In this document: positions 42,347 through 57,670 of the stretch, one piece after another
Layout of the letters: the number at the start of each line of letters is the position of its first letter
Position numbering within the stretch: position 1 is the first letter of the stretch
Source: the human T2T-CHM13v2.0 reference genome, Homo sapiens
NCBI RefSeq assembly: GCF_009914755.1
Contig: NC_060947.1
Strand: one strand, 5' to 3'
DNA length: 64,000 nucleotides
Translations under genes and position numbers: made by a program
Notes under the pieces: generated by a model
Database searches by the model: none
What the model was told of the DNA's origin: nothing
What the model saw: the letters and a program-made list of their open reading frames with translations, nothing else

Positions 42347-44937
42347 GCAAGGCATACTGTTTTCTTCCAGACCATGATGTGTCTAGAAATATTTTCTGGG
42401 AGATAGATCTTAAAACGGGATCCTCATGACTCTGAAAGTTTCCCTATCCTGGTGTAGGTGAGCTGGTATCTTAGATGCAAAACGTAGTCATCCTCACTCT
42501 TCCCTCTCCTCTTCTGAAGTGGAAGAAAGAACTCTCTTTTGGAGCCTCAAGTTGTGCAGTCTGTGGTTAGGGAAGGGGTGATACCAGCACTACCTTAGCT
42601 GCCCCAGTTGGTGTCTCAGTATGTCACGTGACCCCCGTCCACTATCTTGCCTAGTTCAGCACTAGAATTTGCCTAAGAGTTGCAGTTCTTATGGGTTACA
42701 CTGCCTTTCAAATTTACTTTGGAGACACAGAGTGCTGTAGACCCCTGTGGCAAGATTCACAGGCACTCATTTTCAAGCCTCTAGAATCATTTGTTCCCCT
42801 CTGGCTAGGACTGCTTTAAACACTTCCTCTGTAGGCAAGTGTCAGCTGAGTGTGGTTGACTTTCTTTTCTGCTATAACAGAATAGCACTGAGATTTATGC
42901 CTCACAATTGTTGTGTTCTCTCCTGCAGGGCCCAGAGATGCTTTCTGCATTACTCTGCTGCTCCTGGGCAGTGGGGTGGAGGAGGGGTGATATCAGCAAT
43001 TCAAAATTTTTTTTTTACTTCTTCAGTGACTCTTTCAGTAAAACGAGGTTAAAAGTAGGTACTATGAGTGCTTACCTGATTTTTGGTTCTTATGAACTGT
43101 TTGTTTTTCTCCTTTTTTTTTTCTGTGTAAATAGTTGTTAAATTGGTGTCCTTGCAGGGGGTACAATCATCCACAGAACATTTCATTCCATCACCGTGCT
43201 CTGCTTCCTGTCTTGTTTTTCTTGTTCCTTGAGGTGCATCATTAGATTTTTTACTTAAAATCATCTACTTTTCTATGTATGCACTTACTGCTATATACTT
43301 TCCTCTAAGCAGTACTTTTTCTGTATCTCATATGTTCTGGTATGCTGCTTCAATTTTTGTTTGTTTCAAAAAATGTTTTGATATATTTCTCAATTCTTTT
43401 ATTAATCTAATGATTGTTCAGCATCATACTGTTTAATTTCTATGTATTGTGTAATTTTTAATGTTTCTCTTGTTTTGAATTTCTACTTTTATTCCATTGT
43501 GATCTGAGAAGAAACTTAATATGACTTCAATTTTTAAAAAGTTTTCAATATTTGTTTTGCATTCTAACATATAGCCTGTCCTGAAGAATATTCCATGTGC
43601 TGAGGAGGAGAAACTTTATTCTGTAACTGTAGGATTAACTGCTCCATAAATGTCTGTTAGGTCTGTTTGGTTTAATGTGTAGTTAAAATCCAATGTTTCT
43701 TTGTTAATATTCTATGTTAATTTTTTTGTCTAATTTTTCTTTGTTAATATGTCTAATGTTGAGTGTGGAGTGTTGAAGTATGAAACTGTTATTAAATTGT
43801 AGTCTATTGCTCCCTTTAAATCTAATAGAATTTGGTTTATATATCTGGGTGCTTCAGTATTGGGTGCATATATGTTTATAATTGTTATATCCTCTTGATG
43901 AAATAGTCCCTTTGTCAATATATAATGAACTTCTTTGTCTCTTGTTACAGTTTTTGACTTAATGTCTGTTTTATCTAAGTGTAGGTACTTCTGCTTATTT
44001 TTGCATGGAATACTTTTTACATTTTTTTTCTTTTCAATCTGTATTTCATTACAGGGAAGTTGATTTTCTTGTAGGCAGCCTATGGTTAAGTGATTTAAAA
44101 AAATATTTCAGTCAGTCTTTATCTTTTAAGTGGAAACTATAAGCCATTTACATTCAAGTTACTCTAGGCATGTGAGAGTATATTCCTGTCAATTTATTAA
44201 ATAATTGTTTGCTGCTTTGAATATTTTCTGTTCTTTTCTTTCTCTCTTATTGTTTATCATTGTGATTTGGTAGTTTTCTCTAGTGGTAACATTTGAGTCT
44301 TTTCTCTTTTGTTTGTGTATTTTCTCTACCTGTGTTTTTTTTATACTTCCATAAAAGTAGATAAGGTTCTTTCACATCTGGTGGTAGGACTCCTTCAAGA
44401 ATTTCTTGTAGGTCCAGTCTAGTGGCTATGAATTTCATCAGCTTTTGCTTGTATGAGAAAGACTGTTTCTCCTTCATTTAGGAAGTATAGTTTTGCTGGA
44501 TATAGTATCTTTGACTGGCAGGTTTTTTTTTTTTCTTTCAACACTTTGAATACATCATTCCATTCTGTCCTGTTTTGTAAGGTTTCCACTAAGAAATCCA
44601 CTGTTACTCTGATGCGGGTGACTTTATAGATGAATAGACGCTCTTTTCTTGCTGCTTTTAGAATTCTCTTTTTATCTTTGACTTTTGAATATTATATGAT
44701 GTATAGAAGACCCTTTTGCATTGTATCTATTTGGGAATCTCTGAAACTCCTGTATCTGGATGTCTACATGTCTTGCTAGACTTTGGAAATTTTCATCTTT
44801 TAGTTTTTTTGTTAAGTAAGTTTTCTGGTTTTGTTCTATTTTCATCTATTAATTTTCATTTTGCCTTTCAGGACTCTGGAAATTTGAATATTTGTTCACT
44901 TTATGATGTCCCATATGTCACAGAGGCTTTGATGCTA

Positions 44938-45338
44938 TTTTTATACTTTAACTTCTGGGATACTTGAGCAGGATGTCTCTGTTTGCAGATGACATGATTG
45001 TATATTTAGAAAACCCCATCATCTAAGCTCAAAATCTCCTTAAGCTGATAAGCAACTTAAGCAAAGTGTCAGAATACAAAATCAATATTCAAAAATCACA
45101 AGTTTTCCTATAAACCAATAATAGACAAATGGAGAGCCAAATCATGAGTGAACTCCCATTTAAAATTGCTACAAAGAGAATGAAATACCTAGGAATCTAA
45201 CTTACAAGGGAAGTGAAGGACCTCTTCAAAGAGAACTACAAATCACTGCTCAAGGAAATAAGAGAGGATGCAAACAAATGGAAAAACATTCCATGCTCAT
45301 GTATAGGAAGAATCAATATCGTGAAAATGGCCATACTG
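44938..45338. mobile_element. Older L1PA fragment: ~38-bp 3' tip (minus) fused to RT-region ORF2 (plus)
   Basis: 'ttatactttaacttctgggatac' is followed directly by 'tgtctctgtttgcagatgacatg' (FADD motif), running to 'ggccatactg'. Confidence 0.7.
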
Positions 45339-47124
45339 TTGATTTGGGGTGGAGAGTTCTGCAGATGTCTATTAGGTCTGCTTGGTGCAGAGCTGAGTTC
45401 AATTCCTGGATATCCTTGTTAACTTTCTGTCTCGTTGATATGTCTAATGTTGACAATGGGGTGTTAAAGTCTCCCATTATTATTGTGTGGGAGTCTAAGT
45501 CTCTTTGTAGGTCACTCAGGACTTGCTTTATGAATCTGGGTGCTCCTGTATTGGGTGCATATATATTAGGGTTAGTTAGTTCTTCTTGTTGAATTGATCC
45601 CTTTACCATTATGTAATGGCCTTCTTTGTCTCTTTTGATTTTTGTTGGTTTAAAATCTGTTTTATCCGAGACTAGGATTGCAACCCCTGCCTTTTTTTGT
45701 TTTCCATTTCCTTGGTAGATCTTCCTCCATCCCTTTATTTTGAGCCTATGTGTGTCTCTGCACGTGAGATGGGGTTCCTGAATACAGCACACTGATGGCT
45801 CTTGAATCTTTATCCAATTTCCCAGTCTGTGTCTTTTAATTGGAGTATTTCACCCATTTACATTTAAGGTTAATATTGTTATGTGTGAATTTGATCCTGT
45901 CATTATGATGTTAGCTGTTTATTTTGCTCGTTAGTTGATGCAGTTTCTTCCTAGCCTCGATGGTCTTTACAATTTGGCATGTTTTTGCAGTGGCTGGTAC
46001 TGGTTGTTCCTTTGCATGTTTAGTGCTTCCTTCAGGAGCTCTTTTAGGGCAGGCCTGGTGGTGACAAAATCTCTCAGCATTTGCTTGTCTGTAAAGGATT
46101 TTATTTCTCCTTCACTTATGAAGCTTAGTTTGGCTGGATATGAAATTCTGGGTTGAAAATTCTTGTCTTTAAGAATGTTGAATATTGGCCCCCACTCTCT
46201 TCTGGCTTGTAGGGTTTCTGCTGAGAGATGAGCTGTTAGTCTGATGGGCTTCCCTTTATGGGTAACCTGACCTTTCTCTCTGGCTGCCCTTAACATGTTT
46301 TCCTTCATTTCAACTTTGGTGAATCTGACAATTATGTGTCTTGGAGTTGCTCTTCTCGAGGAGTATCTTTGTGGCATTCTCTGTATTTCCTGAATTTGAA
46401 TGTTGGCCTCCCTTGTTAGATTGGGTAATCCAGATATTTCTCCTGGATAATGTCCTGCAGAGTGTTTTCCAACTTGGTTCCATTCTCCCAGTCACTTTCA
46501 GGTATACCAATCAGATGTAGATTTGGTCTTTTCCCATAGTCCCATATTTCTTGGAGGCTTTGTTCGTTTCTTTTTATTCTTTTTTCTCTAAACTTCTCTT
46601 CTCACTTCTTTCATTCATTTCGTCTTCCATTGCTGATACCCCTTCTTCCAGTTGATCGTGTTGGCTACGGAGGCTTGTGCATTCGTCACGTAGTTCTAGT
46701 GCCATGGTTTTCAGCTCTATCAAGTCCTTTAAGGACTTCTCTGCATTGGTTATTCTAGTTATCCATTCGTCTATTTTTTTTTCGAAGTTTTTAACTTCTT
46801 TGCTATTGGTTCAAGCTTCCTGCTTTAGCTCGCAGTAGTTTGATCTTCTGAAGCCTTCTTCTCTCAACTCGTCAGTCATTCTCCGTCCAGCTTTGTTCCG
46901 TTGCTGGCGAGGAGCTGCGTTGCTTTAGAGGAGGAGAGGCGCTCTGATTTTTAGAGTTTCCGTTTTTTCTGCTCCTTTTCCCCATCTTTGCGGTTTTATC
47001 TACCTTTGGTCTTTGATAATGGTGACATACAGATGGGTTTTTGTTGTGGATGTCCTTTCTGTTTGTTAGTTTTCCTTCTAATAGTCAGGACCCTCAGCTG
47101 CAGGTCTGTTGGAGTTTGCTGGAA
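45336..47124 (-). mobile_element. L1PA4/5-type internal fragment (end of 5'UTR, ORF1, endonuclease start; element E)
   Basis: ORFs 45313-45792 and 45967-46377. Both ends are abrupt, with no tail and no TSD. Confidence 0.88.
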
Positions 47125-48155
47125 TCTTTAGACTTCTTTGAGTAGTATGCATATTTTAACAATATTAGTTCTTCAAATTCATAAACATGGAATTTCTTTC
47201 CATTTTTCCGTGCTTTCTTCAATTTTTTGCATCACTATTTCATAGTTTTCATTATAGAGATCTTATGTTTATTTCATTAAGTTAATACATAGATATTTTA
47301 TATATGTACCTATTGTAAATGAGATTATTTTTGGTTTCTTTTTCAGATTTTTCACTGTTGGCATATAAAAATGCTACTGATTATTGTATGTTGATTTTAT
47401 ATTCTGAAAATTTACTAAATTTGTTTATTTGTTCTAAAAGTTTTTTGGTGGAGTCATTAAATTTCTCCCAATATAAGATTATATCATCCACAGGCATGAA
47501 TAATTTGACTTCTTCCTTTTCAGTTTATTTGTCCTTTATTTCTTTATCTTGTTTAATTCACAAGTGAAGTCTACCATTACTATATTGAATAACAGTAGTG
47601 AAAGTGGGCATCCTTGCTATTTTCTCAATCTTAGAAAAAAGGCGTTCAGTTGTTTTGCCATTCAGTATGATACTAGCTCTGGGCCTGTCGTAAATGGCTT
47701 TTATTATGTTGAGGTAAGTTCCCTCTATACCCTGCTTTTTGAGGGATTTTATTATAAATGAATGTTGAATTTTATCAAATAACTTTTCAGCATCAGTTGA
47801 AATAATCGTATATTTTTTCCCTTTATTCTTCCAATAAGATGTATCACCTTAATTTATTTGTGTATGTTGAACTATCCTTGCTTCCCAGGGATAAATCCCA
47901 CTTGGTAATGATGAATAATCTTTTTAAGATGTTTTTAAAACAGATTTTCTTGTATTTTCTAAAGGATTTTTGCATCTATACCTATCAGTTATATTGGCTT
48001 ATAGTTTTGTTTTTTTTTAATGTGTCTTTGTCTGGTTTGGTATCACAGTAATACTGGCTGTATAGAGTGAGCTTGGAAGTGTTCCTTTATTTTCTATGTT
48101 TCAGAATAATTTGAGTAGAATTGGTATTAGTTTAAATGTTTTTCAAAATTCAGCA

Positions 48156-48440
<285 letters not shown>

Positions 48441-51102
48441 TAATCAGCTGTAAAACCATCAGGTTCCAGGTTTTTATTTCCTCAGAGCCTTTATATTATG
48501 GCTTTAATATTATTACTTGTTACTCGTCTGTTCAGGTTTTGGATTTCTTCATTGTTCAGTTTTGTAGGTTGTATATGTCTAGGAAGTTGTCCATATCTTC
48601 TAGATTTTTGAATGTATTGATATATAGTTGATCATAATAGCCAATAATGAGCCTTTGGATTTTTGCAATACATGTTGTAATGTCTGCTTTTTCATTTCTG
48701 ATTTTATTTATTTTGGTTTTCTCTCTTTTTTTCTTAGTCTGGCTAAAAGTTTGTCAATTTTATTTGCTTTTTTAAAAAGCCAACTTTTTATTTTATTGCT
48801 CTTTTTAATTGTTTTCTGTATTTTAAATTTATTTCTGCTCTGATCCTTGGAATTTCTTTTATTCCACTAATTTTATGTTAAGATTGATTTTTCTGTTTTA
48901 GTGTATTAGATGCATTATTGGGACTGCTGGCAATATGTCCGAATAAAAACTGCACCAGTCTGCAGCTCCCAGTGATATTGATGAAAAAGGTAGGTGATTT
49001 CTGCATTTCTAACTGTGGTCTGCAGTTCATTTCACTGGGAATGGTTGCACAGTGGGTGCAGCCCACGGAGGGTGAACCAAAGCAGGGTGGGACGTTGCCT
49101 CACTCGGGAAGTGCAAGTAGTGGGGAATTTTCTCCCCTACCCAAGGGAAGCCATTAGGGAATGAGCCTAAGGAACAGTGCATTCCAGCCAAGATACTGCA
49201 CTTTCCCCATGGTCTTCGCGACCCACAAACCAGGAGATTCCCTCCAGTGCCTACCCCACCAAGGCCTTGGGCTTCAAGCACAAAACTGGATGGCCATTTG
49301 CGCAGACACCAAACTAGCTGCAAGAGAGTTTTCTTTTTCTTTTTCTTTTTCTTTTTCTTTTCATAGTCCAGTGGTGCTTGCAATGCCAGTGAAACAGAAC
49401 TGTTCACTTTCCTAGGAAGGGGGCTGAAGCCAGGGAGCCATGTAGTCTGGCTCAGTGGGTCCCACACCCACGGAGCCCAGCAAACTAAGATCTACAGCCT
49501 TGAAATTCTTGCCGCCAGCACAGCAGCAGTCTGAGATCAACCTGGGACACTCCAGCTTGGTGGGAGGAGGGGTGTCTGCCATTGCTGGGGCTTGAGTAAG
49601 CGGTTTTACCATCACAGTGTAAATAAAGTCACTGGGAAATTTGAACTAGGTGGAGCCCATGGCAGCTCAGCAAGGCCGCTGTGGCCAGACTCCCCAATTT
49701 CTCCTCTCTGGGCAGGGCATCTCTGAAAAAGAGGCAACAGCCCCAGTCAGGGACTTAAGATAAAACCCCCATCTCCCTGGGACAGAGCACCTGGAGGAAG
49801 GGGCAGCTGTGGGTGCAGCTTCAGCAGACTTAAACATGCCTGCCTGACAGCTCTGAAGAGAGCAACAGATCTCCCAGCACAGCATTCGAGCTCTGCTTAG
49901 GGTCAGACTGCCTCCTCAAGTGGTTCGCTGAACCCCATGTATCCTGACTGGGAGACACCTCCCAGTAGGGGCTGATAGACACGTCATACAGGAGAGCTCT
50001 GGCTGACATCTGGCAGATGCCCCTCTGGGACAAATCTTCCAGACAAAAGAACAGGCAGTAATCTTTGCTGTTCTGCAGCCTCCACTGGTGATACCAGAGA
50101 AACAGGGTCTGGAGTAGGGGTCCAGCAAGCTCTAGCAGACCTGCAGCAGAGGGGACTTACAGTTAGAATGAAAACTAACAAACAGAAAGGAAGGGCACAT
50201 ACACTCAAAGATCTCATCTGAAGGTCATGAACATCAAAGAACAAATGTAGATAAATCCAAAAAGATGGGGAGAAACCAGTGCAAAAAGGCTGAAAATTTC
50301 AAAAACAAAAATGCCTCTTCTCCTCCAAAGGATAACAACTTGTCACCAGCAAGGGAACAAAACTGGACAGGGAATGAGTTTGATGAACTGACAGAAGTAG
50401 GCTTCAGAAGGTGGGTAATAACAAACTCCTCTGGGCTAAAGAAGCATGTTCTAACCCAATGCAAGGAAGCTAAGAACCTTGAAAAAAGGTGAGATGAATT
50501 GCTAACTAGAATAATCAGTTTAGAGAAGAACACAAATGACCTGACAGAGCTGAAAAACACAGCACACGAATTTTGTGAAGCATACACAAGTATGAACAGC
50601 TGAATCAGTCAAGTGGAAGAAAGGATATAAGAGATTGAAGATCAACTTAATGAAATAATATGAGAAGGCAAGATTAGAGAATAAAGAATAAAAAGGAATG
50701 AACAAAGCCTCCGAGAAATATGGGACTATGTGAAAAGACCAAACCTACATTTGACTGATGTACCTGAAAGTGACGGTGAGAATGGAACAAAGTTGGAAAA
50801 CACTCTTCAGGATGTTATCCAGGAGAACTTCCCCAACCTAGCAAGATAGGCTGACATTCACATTCAGGAAATATAGAAAACACCACAAAGATACTCCTCG
50901 AGAAGAACAACCCCTAGACACATAATAGTCAGATTCAGCAAGGCTGAAATGAAGAAAAAAATGTTAAGGGCAGCCAGAGAGAAAGGTCAGGTTACTCACA
51001 AAGGGAAGCCCATCAGGCTAATGGTGGATGTCACTGCAGAAACCCTACAAGCCAGAAGAGAGTGGGGGCCAATATTCTACATTCTTAAACAGAATAATTT
51101 TC

Positions 51103-53671
<2,569 letters not shown>

Positions 53672-54783
53672 TCATAAGCAAAGGAGAAATAAAATTCTTT
53701 ACAGAGAAGGAAATGCTGAGAGATTTTGTCACCACCAGGCCTGTCTCACAAGAGTCCCTGAAGGAAGCAGTAAACATGGAAAGTAAAAACCATTACCAGC
53801 CACTGCAAAAACAAAACAAATCGTAAAGATCATCAACACTATGAAGAAACTGCATCAACTATTGGGCAAAATAACGAGCTTGTATCATAGTCACAGGATC
53901 AAATTCACACATAATTATATTCACCTGAAATGTAAATGAGCTAAATTCACCAATAAAAAGTCACAGACTGGCAAATTGGATAAAGAGTCAAAACCCATTG
54001 GTCTGCTGTATTCAGGAGGCCCATGTCATGTGTAAAGACACACATAGGCTCAAAATAAAGGGATGGAGGAATATTTACCAAGCAAATGGAAAGCAAAAAA
54101 AAAAAAAGCAGGAGTTGCAATCCTAATCTCTGGTAAAAGACTGTAAACCAACAAAGATCAAAAGAACAAAGAAGTGCATTATATAATGGTAAAGGGATCA
54201 ATGCAACAAGAAGAGCTAACTTTCCTAAATATATATACACTCAATAAAGGGGCACCCAGATTCATAAAGCAAGTTCTTAGAGACCTACAAAGAGACTTAG
54301 ACTCCAACACAATAATAGTGGGAGATTTCAACACCCCACTGGCAATATTAGAAAGATCAAAGAGACAAACTTAGCAAAGATATTCAGAACTTGAACTCAG
54401 CTCTCGACCAAGCTGACCTGATAGACATTTACAGAACTCTCCAAGCCAAATAAACAGAGTATACATTCTTCTCAGCACCTCATCGCTCTTATTCTAAAAT
54501 TGACCACATAATTGGAAGTGAAACACTCCTCAGCAAATGCAAAATAATGGAAATAATAACAAACAGCCTCTCAGACCACAGTGTAATCAAATTAGAACTC
54601 AGCATTAAGAAACTGAGTAAAAACCACACAACTACATGAAAACTGAACAACCTGCTCCTGAATGACTACTGGATAAATATTGAAATGAAAGCAGAAATAA
54701 AGATGGTCTTTCAAACCAATGAGAACAAAGACCCAATGTACCAGAATCTCTGGGACACATTTAAAGCAGAGTGGAGAGGGAAT

Positions 54784-57670
54784 TTTTTTTTATAAGACAG
54801 ATTTTTTAAAATTATACTTTAAGTTCTGGGGCACATGTGCACAACATGCAGGTTTGATACCTAGGTATACGTGTGCCATGTTGGTGTGCTGCACCCATTA
54901 ACTTGTCATTTACATTAGGTATTTCTCCTAATGCTATACCTCCCACAGACTCCCAACCCCTGACAGGCCCTGGTGTGTGATGTTTCCCACCATGTGTCCA
55001 GGTGTTCTCATTGTTCTATTCCCACCTATGAGTGAGAACCTGAGGTGTTTGGTTTTCTAATCTTGTGATAGTTGGCTGACAAATGATGGTTTCCAGCTTC
55101 ATCCATGTACCTGCAAAGGACATGAACTTATCCTTTTTATGGCTGCATAGTATTCCATGGTGTATACGTGCCACATTTTCTTAATCCAGTCTATCTTTGA
55201 TGGACATTTGGGTTGGTTCCAAGTCTTTGCTATTGTCAATAGTGCCACAATAAACATACGTATGCATGTGTCTTTATAGTAGCATAAGTTATAATCCTTT
55301 GGGTATATACTCAGTAATGGGATTGCAGGGTCAAATGGTATTTCATGTTCTAGATCTTTGAGAAATTGCCACACTGTCTTCCACAATGGTTAAACTAGTT
55401 TACACTCCCACCAACAGTGTAAAAGCATTCTTATTTCTCCACATCTCTCCAGCATCTGTTGTTTCCTGACTTTTTAATTATCTCCATTCTAACTGGTGTG
55501 AGATGGTATCTCATTGTGGTTTTGATTTGCATTTCTCAGATGACCAGTGATGATGAGTATTTTTTCATGTGTCTGTTGGCTGCATAGATGTCTTATTTTG
55601 AGAAGTGTCTGTTCATACCCTTTGCCCACTTTTGTTTGTTTTTTCTTGTAAACTTGTTTGCATTCTTTGTAGATTCTGGATATTAGCCTTTGTCAGATGG
55701 GTAGATTGCAAAAATGTTCTCCCATTCTGTAGGTTGCCTGTTCACTCTGATGGTAGTTTCTTTTGAAGTACAGAAGTGCTTTAGTTTAATTAGATCCCAT
55801 TTGTCAATTTTGGATTTGGTTGCCATTGCTTTTGGCTTTTTAGACATGAAGTTCTTGTGCGCATGCCTGTGTCCTGAATGGTATTGCCTAGGTTTCCTTC
55901 TAGGGTTTTTGTGGTTTTAGGTCTAACATTTCAGTCTTCAATCCACCTTGAATTAATTTTTGTGTAAGTTGTAAGGAGGAAATCCAGTTTCAGCTTTCTA
56001 CATACGGCTAGCCAGTTTTCCCAGCACCATTTATTAAATAGGGAATCCTTTCCCCCCTTGCTTGTTTTTGTCAGGTTTCCAAAGATCAGATGGTTGTAGA
56101 TGTGTGGTGTTATTTGTGAGGTCTCGCTTCCATTCCATTGGTCTATATATTTGTTGAGATACCAATACCATGCTGTTTTTGTTACTGTAGCCTTGTAGTA
56201 TAGTTTGAAGTCAGGTAGAGTGATGCCTCCAGCTTTGTTCTTTTTGCTTAGGATTGTCTTTGCAATGTGGGCTCTTTTTTGGTTCCATATGAACTTTAAA
56301 GTAGTTTTTTCCAATTCTGTGAAGAAAGTCATTGGTAGCTTGATGGGGATGGCATTGAATCTATAAATTACCTTGAGCAGTATGGCCATTTTCATAATAT
56401 TAATTCTTTCTATCCATGAGCATGGAATGTCCTTCCATTTGTTTGTGTCTCTTTTATTTTGTTGAGCAGTGGTTTGTGGTTCACCTTGAAGAGGTCCTTC
56501 ACTTCCCTTGTAAGTTGGATTCCTAGGTATTTTATTCTCTCTGTAGCAACTGTGAATGGAAGCTCGCTCATGATTTAGCTCTCTGCTGTCTGTTATTGGT
56601 GTATAGGAATCATTGTGATTTTTGCACATTGATTTTGTATCCTGAGACTTCGCTGAATTTGCTTCTCAGCTTAAGGAGAGTTTTGGCTGAGATGATGGGG
56701 TTTTCTAAATATACAATCATGTCATCTGCAAACAGGAACAATTTGACTTCCTCGTTTCCTAATTGAATACACTTTATTTCTTTCTCTTGCCTGATTACCC
56801 TGGCCAGAACTTCCAACACTTTGTTGAATAGCAGTGGTGAGAGAGGCCATCCTTGTCTTGTGCCGGTTTTCAAAGGGAATGCCTCCGGTTTTTACCCATT
56901 CAGTATGATATTGGCTGTGGGTTTGTAATAAATAGCTCTTCTTATTTTGAGATACAGTCCATCAATACCTAGTTTATTGAGAGTTTTTAGCATAAAAGCT
57001 GTTGAATTTTGTCCAAGGTCTTTTCTACATGTATTGAGATAATCATGTGTTTTTTGCTGTTGGTCCTGTTTATGTGATGGGTTATGTTTATTGCTTTGCA
57101 TATGTTGAAGCAGCCTTGTTTCCCAGGGATGAAGCCGACTTGACCGTGGTGGATAAGCTTTTTGATGTGCTGCTGGATTCAGTTTGCCAGTATTGTATTG
57201 AGGATTTTCACATCTACGTTCATCAGGGATATTGGTCTAAAATTCTCTTTTTTAGTTGTGTCTTTGCCAGGCTTTGGTATCAGGATGATTCTGGCCTCAT
57301 AAAATGAGTTAAGGAGGATTCCTTCTTTTTCTATTGATTTGAATAATTTCAGAAGGAATGGTACCAGCTCCTCTTTGTATCTCTGATAGAATTTGGCTGT
57401 GAATCCGTCTGGTCCTGACTTTTTTGGTTGGTAGGCTATTAATTATTGCCTCAATTTCAGAGCCGGTTATTGGTCTACTCAGTGATTTAACTTCTTCCTG
57501 GTTTAGACTTGGGAGCGTGTATGTGTCCAGGAATTTATCCACTTCTTCTAGATTTTCTAGTTTATTTGCATAGAGGCGTTTATAGTATTCTCTGATGGTA
57601 GTTTGCATTTCTGTGGGATTGGTGGTGATATCTCCTTTGTCATTTTTTTGTGTCTATTTGATTCTTCTTT
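54784..57670 (-). mobile_element. 5'-truncated L1PA6/7-type element without TSD
   Basis: 3'UTR at ~54810-55030 with ORF2 remnants to ~57670; host sequence is missing at the site. Confidence 0.87.
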
